A stretch of 39,030 nt of DNA from UHGV virus genome UHGV-1520160, one strand, 5' to 3'. This DNA comes from a virus. Positions 15,510 through 24,597 of the stretch are shown here, piece after piece (the first letter of the stretch is position 1; the number at the start of each line of letters is the position of its first letter). The notes below the pieces were generated by a model that ran no database searches, was not told where the DNA came from, and was given only the letters and a program-made list of their open reading frames with translations. Both the position numbers and the translations under genes were made by a program.

Positions 15510-15547
15510 ACACGCACAGCGCCATCCGAAAAATCGGAGGTGAGGCT

Positions 15548-15826
15548 ATGACCAGAATGAGCACCATTTACAGCAGACTTTCATATGGAACAGGAACCAC
15601 GCTGACCGGCTGCGGTGTATCAGCGAAGGCATATGCCGAAACAGCTAAAACAGCAAAAGAGGTGTCCTGGATGTTGGCCGACAGAATTGCAGGGTTAAGC
15701 CTGAGCGACTGGGCAATTATTGTCGGTATCGCATGCACGGTAATCACCTGTGCAGTGAACTGGTATTTCCGCTGGAAAGAACGGGAGGATCGGCGCAATG
15801 GCTATGTCTCTAAAGCTGAAGAATAA
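15548..15826 (+). CDS. holin (class II / pinholin-like)
   Basis: 92 aa; hydrophobic helices (WAIIVGIACTVITCAVNWYF) followed by a charged tail (RWKEREDRRNGY); immediately upstream of the lysozyme. Confidence 0.65.
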   Translation: MTRMSTIYSRLSYGTGTTLTGCGVSAKAYAETAKTAKEVSWMLADRIAGLSLSDWAIIVGIACTVITCAVNWYFRWKEREDRRNGYVSKAEE

Positions 15827-16346
15827 ATTGAGCGCAGCGGTCGTTGGTTTGATTCTTGCCGGGGCTTCCGCACCCGTGATTCTCGATCAGTTTCTGGATG
15901 AGAAAGAGGGTAACAGCTTGACAGCATATCGCGACGGCGGCGGACTCTGGACCATTTGCCGTGGTGCAACAATGGTTGATGGCAAGCCAGTAGTACAGGG
16001 CATGAAGCTGTCAGCTGAGAAATGCGCCCAGGTAAACGCCATTGAACGCGACAAGGCGCTGGCGTGGGTTGACCGAAATATCAAAGTACCACTGACCGAA
16101 CCACAGAAAGCGGGTATCGCTTCTTTCTGCCCATATAACATCGGCCCCGGAAAATGTTTCCCGTCTACGTTCTATAAGCGAATTAATGCTGGCGATACGA
16201 AAGGAGCCTGTGAAGCTATCCGCTGGTGGATTAAAGACGGTGGCCGCGATTGCCGCCTGACCAAAGGCCAGAAGAATGGCTGCTATGGTCAGGTTGAGCG
16301 ACGGGACCAGGAAAGCGCGCTGGCGTGCTGGGGGTTAGACCAATGA
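15798..16346 (+). CDS. phage lysozyme (GH24 family) with N-terminal signal-anchor (SAR endolysin)
   Basis: Catalytic motif EKEGNSLTAYRDGGGLWTICRGAT (E...D...T of T4/P21-type lysozymes); N-terminal hydrophobic LSAAVVGLILAGASAPVIL; GGGAGG RBS. Confidence 0.8.
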   Translation: MAMSLKLKNKLSAAVVGLILAGASAPVILDQFLDEKEGNSLTAYRDGGGLWTICRGATMVDGKPVVQGMKLSAEKCAQVNAIERDKALAWVDRNIKVPLTEPQKAGIASFCPYNIGPGKCFPSTFYKRINAGDTKGACEAIRWWIKDGGRDCRLTKGQKNGCYGQVERRDQESALACWGLDQ

Positions 16347-16858
16347 AAATTAATCCGGGTCTTATAGGCGTTGTTGTTATTGCTGTCCTTTCGGTCGCTC
16401 TCGCTAAGAGTTGCTCCAACGCCAGTCGCCTTCAGAGCGATAACGACGTTCTGCGAAGTGACAACTCTATGCAGGGGCAGGTGATCGCCACCCAGGCATT
16501 CAACTTCAATCGATTCAATCAGGTTGCAGAACATGCCAACAGGCTAAACTCCCTGATCGACACCAGCACCGAAGAAACTGTAATCGAATACCGGGAGATT
16601 CTCCGCCGTGAAAAAACCTGTGATCTGCCTGTTCCTGCTGACATTGCTGGTGGGCTGCTCGAATACGCGTACCGTTTACGTTCCAGCGCAATGCACGCCG
16701 ATACCGACGGACCTGACGCAGCCGATGATAGTACCGCTGCCGCCGGCTCAATAACGTACTGCCAGGCTGTACTCTGGATTAAGCCGCTGCTGGCCGTGAT
16801 TGAAAAGGGCAATAACAATTTCGCTGGAATTCGTCAAATAGAGAGCGAGCGTCAATAG
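16343..16858 (+). CDS. Rz-like inner-membrane spanin
   Basis: ORF 16325..16858 trimmed to the ATG at 16343 (ATGA overlap with the lysozyme stop); N-terminal TM (LIGVVVIAVLSVALA) and coiled-coil body. Confidence 0.65.
   Translation: MKINPGLIGVVVIAVLSVALAKSCSNASRLQSDNDVLRSDNSMQGQVIATQAFNFNRFNQVAEHANRLNSLIDTSTEETVIEYREILRREKTCDLPVPADIAGGLLEYAYRLRSSAMHADTDGPDAADDSTAAAGSITYCQAVLWIKPLLAVIEKGNNNFAGIRQIESERQ
16608..16754 (+). CDS. Rz1-like outer-membrane lipoprotein spanin embedded in Rz (+1 frame)
   Basis: Manual translation from GTG at 16608: (M)KKPVICLFLLTLLVGCSNTRTVYVPAQCTPIPTDLTQPMIVPLPPAQ; lipobox LVGC and Pro-rich mature part; GGGAG 10 nt upstream. Confidence 0.6.
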   Translation: MKKPVICLFLLTLLVGCSNTRTVYVPAQCTPIPTDLTQPMIVPLPPAQ

Positions 16859-16861
16859 TCT

Positions 16862-16908
16862 TTATCCCTAGCAAGGGATAAAGCAACCATTATCCCCGCT
16901 AAGGGATA
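16862..16908. repeat. two tandem palindromes TTATCCCT-AGCA-AGGGATAA and TATCCCC-GCTA-AGGGATA resembling the ori iteron half-sites
   Basis: ttatccctagcaagggataa at 16862..16881 and ttatccccgctaagggata at 16890..16908; compare ori iterons ATCCCT...AGGGA at 8695..8795. Confidence 0.4.
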
Positions 16909-16965
16909 GGCGTTACAGCAGACACTCACCTAATGCCTGTTGCCATTCAGCCAAGGAGCCAGCCT

Positions 16966-17211
16966 ATGAAAAAAGTTAAAGTTACAATTGCTCACCTTGA
17001 AGAGCACTACGAGGGTATTGTTCGAGCCGCAAACGTCACATTCCAGGTTATTCAGAATGAAAGTGTGATAGTGAAGGATTCTTTATCCGGTAAAGCTTCC
17101 CATCCCTTCACTAAAATTTACGCTGTCGATGTTGATGAATCAGCTGTACATGTGATGCATGATCGGCCTGATTTGAGCTGGTTAACAATTACAGCAGAGC
17201 TTGTTGAATAG
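16966..17211 (+). CDS. hypothetical protein (81 aa)
   Basis: ORF trimmed to the ATG at 16966 with AAGGAG RBS. Confidence 0.4.
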   Translation: MKKVKVTIAHLEEHYEGIVRAANVTFQVIQNESVIVKDSLSGKASHPFTKIYAVDVDESAVHVMHDRPDLSWLTITAELVE

Positions 17212-17270
17212 TATTTATTTTGCAGCTTCAATTGCTTAGCATTATCTCCGGGTACCCAAAGGAGATAAAT

Positions 17271-17492
17271 ATGTTTGTTGCAGAAGGCTTGAAGCCTGAC
17301 CTTGATAATATAGGTTGGGTTATGGGGTGGGGGGTTGTAAGGAATGCCCCGTGGCATTTAGTCGGTGTTTACGCCACCAAAGATGTGGCCGAAACTAAGG
17401 CAGCCTCACTAGGTGAGGGCTATGAAGCCAATTATGGCTCACATCGGTTAGGCTCTGACGACTTCATCCACCACAACTTCACGCGCAGTTAA
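17271..17492 (+). CDS. hypothetical protein (73 aa)
   Basis: ORF trimmed to the ATG at 17271 with AAGGAGA RBS; followed by a terminator. Confidence 0.4.
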   Translation: MFVAEGLKPDLDNIGWVMGWGVVRNAPWHLVGVYATKDVAETKAASLGEGYEANYGSHRLGSDDFIHHNFTRS

Positions 17493-17514
17493 CAAAAGAA
17501 GTTGTTCGATATTT

Positions 17515-17540
17515 AGCCTCGCTTATGCGGGGCTTTTTTA
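17515..17540 (+). terminator. rho-independent terminator
   Basis: agcctcgc-ttat-gcggggct hairpin (one mismatch) followed by tttttt. Confidence 0.5.
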
Positions 17541-17652
17541 TGCGCATCGCACGCGCACACCGTAGAAAGTCTTTCAGCTGTGAGCCTGGGCAAACCGTTA
17601 ACTTTCGGCGGCTTTGCCGTGCGACAGGCTCACGCCTAAAAGGAAATATTCC

Positions 17653-17904
17653 ATGAGTAACAAAATCATTACGCTATCTGGCGCTGCTAATGAAGTGCTT
17701 TATGCGCTGTTTTTCCGTGGCGCGTTGCTGTCTGGTGATCTGCCTTCTAAATCTGGCACAGCCGAATTGCGCGAGCTTGGTTTTGCTGAAACCAGACACA
17801 CAGCAACTGAATACCAGAAAGAAAATCACTTTACCTTTCTGACATCAGAAGGGCAGAAATTTGCCGTTGAACACCTGGTCAATACGCGTTTTGGTGAGCA
17901 GTAA
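17653..17904 (+). CDS. hypothetical protein (83 aa)
   Basis: ORF trimmed to the ATG at 17653 (AAGGAAA RBS). Confidence 0.4.
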   Translation: MSNKIITLSGAANEVLYALFFRGALLSGDLPSKSGTAELRELGFAETRHTATEYQKENHFTFLTSEGQKFAVEHLVNTRFGEQ

Positions 17905-17916
17905 TATTGCGCTTCG

Positions 17917-18381
17917 ATGACGCTTGGCGTTGAGATTGATACCTCTGCTGCACAAAAGGCAATCGACGAGCTGGACCAGCGCATTCGTGACACCGTCTCC
18001 TTCGAACTTATTCGCAATGGAGTGTCATTCATCAAGGACGCCGCTATCGCAAATGGTGCTATCCACGCAGCGGCAATCGAAACACCTCAGCCGGTGACCA
18101 ATATCTACAACATCAGCCTTGGTATCCAGCGTGATGAGCCAGCGCAGAACAAGGTAACCGTCAGTGCCGATAAGTTCAAAGTTAAACCTGGTGTTGATAC
18201 CAACATTGAAACGTTGATCGAAAACGCGCTGAAAAACGCTGCTGAATGTGCGGCGCTGGATGTCACAAAGCAAATGGCAGCAGACAAGAAAGCGATGGAT
18301 GAACTGGCTTCCTATGTCCGCACGGCCATCATGATGGAATGTTTCCCCGGTGGTGTTATCTGGCAGCAGTGCCGTCGATAG
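17917..18381 (+). CDS. hypothetical protein (154 aa) immediately upstream of cos
   Basis: ORF track; no clear Shine-Dalgarno; start uncertain. Confidence 0.35.
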   Translation: MTLGVEIDTSAAQKAIDELDQRIRDTVSFELIRNGVSFIKDAAIANGAIHAAAIETPQPVTNIYNISLGIQRDEPAQNKVTVSADKFKVKPGVDTNIETLIENALKNAAECAALDVTKQMAADKKAMDELASYVRTAIMMECFPGGVIWQQCRR

Positions 18382-18439
18382 TGTGCAATTGATAATTATT
18401 ATCGTTTGCGGGTCCTTTCCGGCGATCCGCCTTGTTACG

Positions 18440-18626
18440 GGGCGGCGTCCGCGCAGATTCTCGCTATTTATGAAAATTTTCTGGTTTATGCCATTTCCGT
18501 TCTTCTTCTTGTTTACTCATTGTTTTTGTTAAAAACGTCCTCTCTCCAGAAAGGAAATGCTGAGCAAGGAAAACGGAAGTTTACCGTTGATTGTTTCCTT
18601 TCTCTGTTTTTTGCCAGGAGTAAGCC
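18440..18626 (+). other. cos site: cosN cohesive-end sequence GGGCGGCGTCCG (18440..18451) and cosB-like region up to nu1
   Basis: Aligns by eye with recalled lambda cos (acg|GGGCGGCGACCT|cgcgggttttcgctatttatgaaaattttccggttta...); window has acg|GGGCGGCGTCCG|cgcagattctcgctatttatgaaaattttctggttta. Present as an uncut junction. Confidence 0.7.
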
Positions 18627-19172
18627 ATGGAGGTTAACAAAAAACGCTTATCCGAAATTTTCGGGGTAAGCGTCCGAACGATTCAGAACTGGCAGGAGCA
18701 AGGTATGCCGGTTGTCCGCGGTGGTGGCAAAGGTAATGAGGTTCTCTTTGAATCTGCTGCTGCAATCGAATGGTACAGTGCGCGCGATGCAGCTATAGAA
18801 AATGAAAAGTTGCGGAAGGAAGTTGAAGATCTCCGTATCGCTTCTGAGTCCGATCTTCAACCTGGCACGATTGAATATGAGCGACACCGACTTACGCGAG
18901 CTCAGGCTGACGCTCAGGAATTAAAAAATGCAAAAGAGTCCGCTGAAGTGGTGGAGACCGCATTCTGCACGTTCGTGCTGTCGCGGGTAGCCGGAGAAAT
19001 CGCCAGCATTCTCGATGGAATACCTCTGTCGGTTCAGCGGCGCTTCCCGGAGCTGGAGAACCGACATATTGATTTCCTCAAGAAGGACATCATTAAGGCC
19101 ATGAACAAGGCAGCTGCGCTGGATGAAATGATACCGGGGTTGCTGAGTGAATATATCGAACAGTCAGGTTAA
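18627..19172 (+). CDS. nu1: terminase small subunit (lambda Nu1-like)
   Basis: MEVNKKRLSEIFGVSVRTIQNWQEQGMPVVRGGGKGNEVLFESAAAIEWY...LSEYIEQSG is near-identical to recalled lambda Nu1. Confidence 0.95.
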   Translation: MEVNKKRLSEIFGVSVRTIQNWQEQGMPVVRGGGKGNEVLFESAAAIEWYSARDAAIENEKLRKEVEDLRIASESDLQPGTIEYERHRLTRAQADAQELKNAKESAEVVETAFCTFVLSRVAGEIASILDGIPLSVQRRFPELENRHIDFLKKDIIKAMNKAAALDEMIPGLLSEYIEQSG

Positions 19173-21069
19173 GGGGCTGCAGCACTCTGCGCGGGCGGGG
19201 TTACGTTCGCTGTACCGGCCGCAACCGCAAACAGCAGTTGAATGGGCAGATGAGAATTATTATCTCCCGAAAGAGTCTGCCTACCAGGAAGGGCGCTGGG
19301 AAACACTGCCATTTCAGCGTGCAATTATGAATGCGATGGGTAATGACTATATTCGCGAGGTGAATGTCGTTAAATCGGCTCGTGTCGGCTACTCAAAAAT
19401 GTTGCTCGGCGTTTACGCATATTTCATCCAACATAAACAGCGTAACTCCCTAATATGGTTACCAACCGACGGTGATGCTGAAAACTTCATGAAGTCTCAT
19501 GTAGAACCGACCATTCGTGATATTCCGACGTTGCTGGCGCTTGCTCCCTGGTACGGTAAAAAACACCGGGACAATACGCTGAGCATGAAGCGTTTCTCGA
19601 ATGGTCGTGGTTTCTGGTGCCTGGGCGGTAAGGCTGCAAAAAACTACCGTGAAAAATCAGTTGATGTGGCTGGCTACGACGAGCTCGCCGCTTTCGATGA
19701 TGACATCGAGAAAGAAGGTTCTCCCACCTTTCTGGGTGATAAGCGTATTGAGGGTTCTGTATGGCCGAAATCCATTCGCGGATCTACACCGAAAGTCAAA
19801 GGTACGTGCCAGATAGAAAGAGCTGCTAAGGAGTCTGAACATTTTCTTCGGTTCCATGTTCCATGCCCACACTGTGGGGAAGAGCAGTATCTGAAATTCG
19901 GTGATAAAGAGACACCATTTGGCTTCAAATGGTCTCCGGGAGAACCTGCCAGCGTTTACTACCTCTGTGAACACAATGCCTGTGTGATTAAACAACAGGA
20001 GCTGGAATTTCTGGAGGCCAGGTATATTTGTGATGAAACAGGTATCTGGACACGAGACGGCCTTAACTGGTTTTCTTCATCCGGTACCGAAATTGAACCT
20101 CCTGACAGCGTTACATTCCACATCTGGACCGCATATAGCCCGTTCACAACCTGGGTGCAGATCGTCAAGGACTGGATAAAAACAAAAGGTGATACGGGTA
20201 AGCGAAAAACTTTCGTTAACACGACCCTGGGCGAAACGTGGGAACCGAAAATAGGTGAACGACCCGATGCTGAAGTTTTAGCGGAACGAAAAGAGCACTT
20301 TGAAGCGTCTGTGCCGGAGCGAGTGGCATATCTGACAGCGGGTATTGACTCCCAGCTTGACCGTTACGAAATGCGTGTTTGGGGATGGGGGCCGGGAGAG
20401 GAAAGCTGGCTTATCGACAAAATTATCATTATGGGTCGTCATGATGATGAGTCGACTCTCGCTCGAGTTGATGAAGCGATCAACAGGACGTATAAGCGCC
20501 AGAACGGTCTCGAAATGGTTATATCCCGCACTTGCTGGGATATTGGCGGCATTGATCCCACCATCGTCTACAACCGCTCAAAAAAACACGGTCTGTTTCG
20601 TGTGATCCCTATAAAGGGGGCGTCGGTTTATGGAAAGCCAGTGGCGAACATGCCACGCAAGCGTAACAAGAATGGTGTTTACCTCACAGAGGTAGGAACA
20701 GACACCGCAAAAGAGCAGATTTATAACCGTTTCACGCTGGTGGCGCAAAGAGACGAGCCGCTGGCGGGAGCGGTTCATTTCCCGAATAACCCAGAAATCT
20801 ACGATCTAACAGAGGCCCAACAACTAACAGCTGAAGAGCAGGTGGAAAAATGGGTAGACGGAAAGAAAAAGATCGTCTGGGACAGCAAAAAACGACGAAA
20901 TGAGGCGCTCGATTGCTTTGTTTATGCACTGGCGGCGCTGCGTATAAGCATATCCCGCTGGCAGCTAAATCTTGATTCACTTCTGGCCAGCCTGCTGGAG
21001 GAAGAAGGCAGCCGTAACAATAACAAGACCCTGGCGGATTACGCGCGGGCATTATCTGGAGATGAATAA
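19147..21069 (+). CDS. A: terminase large subunit (lambda gpA-like)
   Basis: 640 aa, collinear with recalled lambda A (…[37 protein letters not shown]…); overlaps the nu1 3-prime end as in lambda. Confidence 0.95.
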   Translation: MNISNSQVKGLQHSARAGLRSLYRPQPQTAVEWADENYYLPKESAYQEGRWETLPFQRAIMNAMGNDYIREVNVVKSARVGYSKMLLGVYAYFIQHKQRNSLIWLPTDGDAENFMKSHVEPTIRDIPTLLALAPWYGKKHRDNTLSMKRFSNGRGFWCLGGKAAKNYREKSVDVAGYDELAAFDDDIEKEGSPTFLGDKRIEGSVWPKSIRGSTPKVKGTCQIERAAKESEHFLRFHVPCPHCGEEQYLKFGDKETPFGFKWSPGEPASVYYLCEHNACVIKQQELEFLEARYICDETGIWTRDGLNWFSSSGTEIEPPDSVTFHIWTAYSPFTTWVQIVKDWIKTKGDTGKRKTFVNTTLGETWEPKIGERPDAEVLAERKEHFEASVPERVAYLTAGIDSQLDRYEMRVWGWGPGEESWLIDKIIIMGRHDDESTLARVDEAINRTYKRQNGLEMVISRTCWDIGGIDPTIVYNRSKKHGLFRVIPIKGASVYGKPVANMPRKRNKNGVYLTEVGTDTAKEQIYNRFTLVAQRDEPLAGAVHFPNNPEIYDLTEAQQLTAEEQVEKWVDGKKKIVWDSKKRRNEALDCFVYALAALRISISRWQLNLDSLLASLLEEEGSRNNNKTLADYARALSGDE

Positions 21070-21275
21070 TGGCAACACAGACTGAACTGGATGCCGCGCG
21101 CGCTGCGTTACATGACCTGATGATGGGAAAGCGCGTGGCGACGGTACAGAAAGACGGTCGAAGAGTGGAATTTACAGCCACTTCAGTCAGCGATCTCAAA
21201 AAATATATTGCTGACCTTGAATCTCAGGTTGGCACCACATCACGACGCCGGGGGCCAGCAGGGTTTTACGTATGA
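21069..21275 (+). CDS. W: head-tail joining protein W
   Basis: 68 aa; [38 protein letters not shown]...[10 protein letters not shown] matches recalled lambda W. Confidence 0.9.
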   Translation: MATQTELDAARAALHDLMMGKRVATVQKDGRRVEFTATSVSDLKKYIADLESQVGTTSRRRGPAGFYV

Positions 21276-22864
21276 AAATACCATCTTTGGTGGGACCTGA
21301 CGGGAAAACATCCCTTCGGGAATACGCAGGATATCATGGCGGTGGAGGCGGGTTTGGTGGGCAGCTGCGAGGCTGGAATCCGCCGAGTGAAAGTGCAGAT
21401 GCCGCACTCCTACCCAACTATTCTCGCGGAAATGCCCGCGCTGACGATCTGGTGCGAAATAATGGCTACGCGGCAAACGCCGTGCAGCTCCACCAGGACC
21501 ACATCGTCGGGTCATTTTTCAGACTCAGTTATCGACCAAGCTGGCGTTATCTGGGAATAAATGAGGAGGATTCACGGGCATTCTCGCGGGATGTGGAAGC
21601 TGCATGGAATGAGTATGCCGAGGACGACTTTTGCGGGATTGATGCCGAGCGTAAGCGAACGTTTACGATGATGATCCGAGAAGGTGTGGCCATGCACGCG
21701 TTTAACGGTGAATTATGCACGCAGGCGACCTGGGACAGCGATTCAACGCGTCTTTTCCGTACTCAGTTCAAAATGGTCAGTCCGAAGCGCGTCAGCAATC
21801 CGAATAATATCGGTGATACCCGGAACTGTCGCGCCGGTGTGAAAATAAATGATAGCGGTGCTGCGCTGGGATATTACGTCAGCGACGATGGTTATCCCGG
21901 CTGGATGGCGCAGAACTGGACCTACATTCCTCGCGAACTACCCGGCGGTCGACCTTCATTTATCCATGTATTCGAACCGATGGAGGATGGACAGACCCGT
22001 GGGGCCAATGCGTTTTACAGCGTGATGGAGCAGATGAAAATGCTCGATACCCTGCAAAATACCCAGCTCCAGAGCGCGATAGTGAAGGCTATGTATGCCG
22101 CTACCATCGAGAGTGAACTGGATACCCAATCGGCGATGGACTTTATTCTCGGCGCGGATAATAAAGAGCAGCAGAGCAAACTTACGGGCTGGCTCGGTGA
22201 AATGGCGTCCTATTACTCAGCTGCGCCTGTTCGCCTGGGTGGGGCAAGGGTTCCACACCTGTTGCCGGGTGATTCTCTCAACCTTCAGTCGGCGCAGGAT
22301 ACCGATAACGGCTACTCGACTTTTGAACAGTCCCTGCTGCGTTATATTGCCGCTGGGCTTGGTGTGTCGTATGAGCAGCTTTCGCGAAACTATTCGCAGA
22401 TGAGCTACTCGACCGCACGCGCAAGTGCTAACGAGTCCTGGGCGTACTTTATGGGGCGTCGCAAGTTTGTGGCATCCCGACAGGCCTGTCAGATGTTTCT
22501 TTGCTGGCTTGAAGAGGCGATTGTCCGCCGCGTGGTCACGCTTCCTTCGAAAGCCCGGTTCAGTTTCCAGGAGGCGAGAACAGCCTGGGGGAATGCCAAC
22601 TGGATTGGCTCTGGTCGAATGGCAATTGACGGGCTGAAAGAGGTACAGGAGGCCGTCATGCTCATTGAGGCAGGTCTCAGCACGTATGAAAAAGAGTGCG
22701 CCAAACGCGGTGATGATTATCAGGAGATTTTTGCCCAGCAGGTCCGGGAAACCATGGAGCGTCGTGCTGCGGGTCTGAAACCACCGGCATGGGCCGCTGC
22801 AGCTTTTGAGGCCGGAGTGAAAAAATCAAACGAGGAGGAGCAAGATGGCGCACGAGCTGCGTAA
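21272..22864 (+). CDS. B: portal protein (lambda gpB-like)
   Basis: 530 aa, collinear with recalled lambda B (…[33 protein letters not shown]…). Confidence 0.95.
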   Translation: MKIPSLVGPDGKTSLREYAGYHGGGGGFGGQLRGWNPPSESADAALLPNYSRGNARADDLVRNNGYAANAVQLHQDHIVGSFFRLSYRPSWRYLGINEEDSRAFSRDVEAAWNEYAEDDFCGIDAERKRTFTMMIREGVAMHAFNGELCTQATWDSDSTRLFRTQFKMVSPKRVSNPNNIGDTRNCRAGVKINDSGAALGYYVSDDGYPGWMAQNWTYIPRELPGGRPSFIHVFEPMEDGQTRGANAFYSVMEQMKMLDTLQNTQLQSAIVKAMYAATIESELDTQSAMDFILGADNKEQQSKLTGWLGEMASYYSAAPVRLGGARVPHLLPGDSLNLQSAQDTDNGYSTFEQSLLRYIAAGLGVSYEQLSRNYSQMSYSTARASANESWAYFMGRRKFVASRQACQMFLCWLEEAIVRRVVTLPSKARFSFQEARTAWGNANWIGSGRMAIDGLKEVQEAVMLIEAGLSTYEKECAKRGDDYQEIFAQQVRETMERRAAGLKPPAWAAAAFEAGVKKSNEEEQDGARAA

Positions 22865-24188
22865 TCTTCCGCATATTGCCAGTATGGCCTTTAATGAGCC
22901 GCTGATGCTTGAACCCGCCTATGCGCGGGTTTTCTTTTGCGCGCTGGCTGGCCAGTTGGGCATCACCCGGCTGACAGATACCGTCTCTGGCATCACGCTT
23001 GATGCCGGACAAATAGCCGAACCGCTGGCGCTGTTTGGTGAGGATGATGACATGGATCCCCGTCCATCACGCAGCTATCAGGTGGCAAATGGTATCGCGG
23101 TCTTGCCGGTTTCCGGCACGCTGGTCAGTAAAACCCGTGCGCTTCAGCCTTATTCCGGCATGACGGGTTACAACGGGATCATTGCTCGCCTGCAGCAGGC
23201 AATCAGTGACCCCGGCGTTGACGGCATTCTTCTGGATATGGATACGCCGGGTGGAATGGTGTCCGGGGCGTTTGACTGCGCCGACATTATAGCCCGTATG
23301 CGCGATATCAAACCCATCTGGGCGCTGGCCAATGACATGAACTGCAGTGCAGGGCAGCTTATAGCCAGTTCGGCATCGCGACGGCTGGTCACACAAACGG
23401 CCAGAACCGGCTCCATTGGGGTCATGATGGCGCACAGCAACTATGGCGCTGCGCTCAAAACTAACGGCGTTGAGGTCACGCTGATTTACAGCGGCGATCG
23501 CAAGGTCGACGGCAACCCTTACGAAAAGCTTCCGAAAGATGTGCGTGCTGATTTCCAGACGCGTATCGATGCCACTCGTCAGATGTTTGCCGAAAAGGTT
23601 TCCGCTTATACCGGCATGTCTGTTCAGGACGTGCTGGACACCGAAGCGGCAGTATTCTCCGGCCAGGAGTCTTTGGATAACGGACTGGCGGATGAACTTG
23701 TTAACAATACCGATGCGCTCGGCGTGATGCGCGAAGCACTCGACAGACGCAAAAAAACAACCCTTGGAGGAACTATGCCATCACTTTCTGCTTCAGCTGT
23801 GACCACTAAGCCAGTTGACCAGGCAGCAACTCAGACAACTGCCTCAGCTGAACAGGTCACTACCGTTGACACGACCATTGCTTCCGTAGCGGCCCCTGTA
23901 GATGTCAGTGCGCAGGTTACTGCAGCAGTAGCTGCAGAGAATAGCCGCATCATGGGCATCCTGAACTGCGATGAGGCTAAAGGGCGTGAGTCACAGGCGC
24001 GAGCACTGGCCGAAACGCCGGGTATGACGGTAGAGAGCGCACAGCGCATTCTGGCTGCTGCACCGCAAAGTGCCCAGGCGCGTACCGATACGGCGCTGGA
24101 TCGTTTGATGGAAACAGCACCCGGTGCACTCCCAGCAGGTAGCGCATCTTCTGATGCCGCTGACGATTTGTTAAACACCCCCGTTTAA
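22845..24188 (+). CDS. C: head maturation protease/scaffold (lambda gpC-like; may include a nested Nu3-like scaffold start)
   Basis: 447 aa; [37 protein letters not shown]... matches recalled lambda C; C-terminal AAVAAENSRIMGILNCDEA conserved. Confidence 0.9.
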   Translation: MAHELRNLPHIASMAFNEPLMLEPAYARVFFCALAGQLGITRLTDTVSGITLDAGQIAEPLALFGEDDDMDPRPSRSYQVANGIAVLPVSGTLVSKTRALQPYSGMTGYNGIIARLQQAISDPGVDGILLDMDTPGGMVSGAFDCADIIARMRDIKPIWALANDMNCSAGQLIASSASRRLVTQTARTGSIGVMMAHSNYGAALKTNGVEVTLIYSGDRKVDGNPYEKLPKDVRADFQTRIDATRQMFAEKVSAYTGMSVQDVLDTEAAVFSGQESLDNGLADELVNNTDALGVMREALDRRKKTTLGGTMPSLSASAVTTKPVDQAATQTTASAEQVTTVDTTIASVAAPVDVSAQVTAAVAAENSRIMGILNCDEAKGRESQARALAETPGMTVESAQRILAAAPQSAQARTDTALDRLMETAPGALPAGSASSDAADDLLNTPV

Positions 24189-24197
24189 GAGGCTATC

Positions 24198-24530
24198 ATG
24201 GCAATTACTGAAGTTTTCACACATAACCAGCCGCTCGGTAACAGCGACCCGGCGCACACTGCGTATGGTCCTGGCGAACTGACGGCTTCCACTCCAGCCA
24301 TGACGCCGCTCATGCTGGATGCCACTTCTGGCAAGCTGACCGTCTGGGATGGTGCTCATGCTGGCGCGGCAATGGGCATCCTGGCTGTAACCGCAGACCA
24401 GAACAGCGCGGAACTGGCATATTACAAATCTGGCTCTTTCCGTATTGAAGATGTCCTCTGGCCATCTGCCGTCACCGACGACAACATTAAACGTAACGCG
24501 TTCGCCGGTACTGCAATCAGCATCGTTTAA
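24198..24530 (+). CDS. D: head decoration protein D
   Basis: 110 aa; NSDPAHTA...PAMTPLMLD...[10 protein letters not shown] matches recalled lambda D. Confidence 0.9.
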   Translation: MAITEVFTHNQPLGNSDPAHTAYGPGELTASTPAMTPLMLDATSGKLTVWDGAHAGAAMGILAVTADQNSAELAYYKSGSFRIEDVLWPSAVTDDNIKRNAFAGTAISIV

Positions 24531-24597
24531 TCCGCATTTCTACAACCATCATCATTCATAAAAGCCGCTTGCGCGGCTTTTTTTACGGGAAAAATCT

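Noticed and set aside
18350-18669. ORFs 18350..18532 and 18406..18669 across the cos region
   Set aside because: They span cosN/cosB, which aligns with the lambda cos non-coding region; no RBS and low-complexity products.
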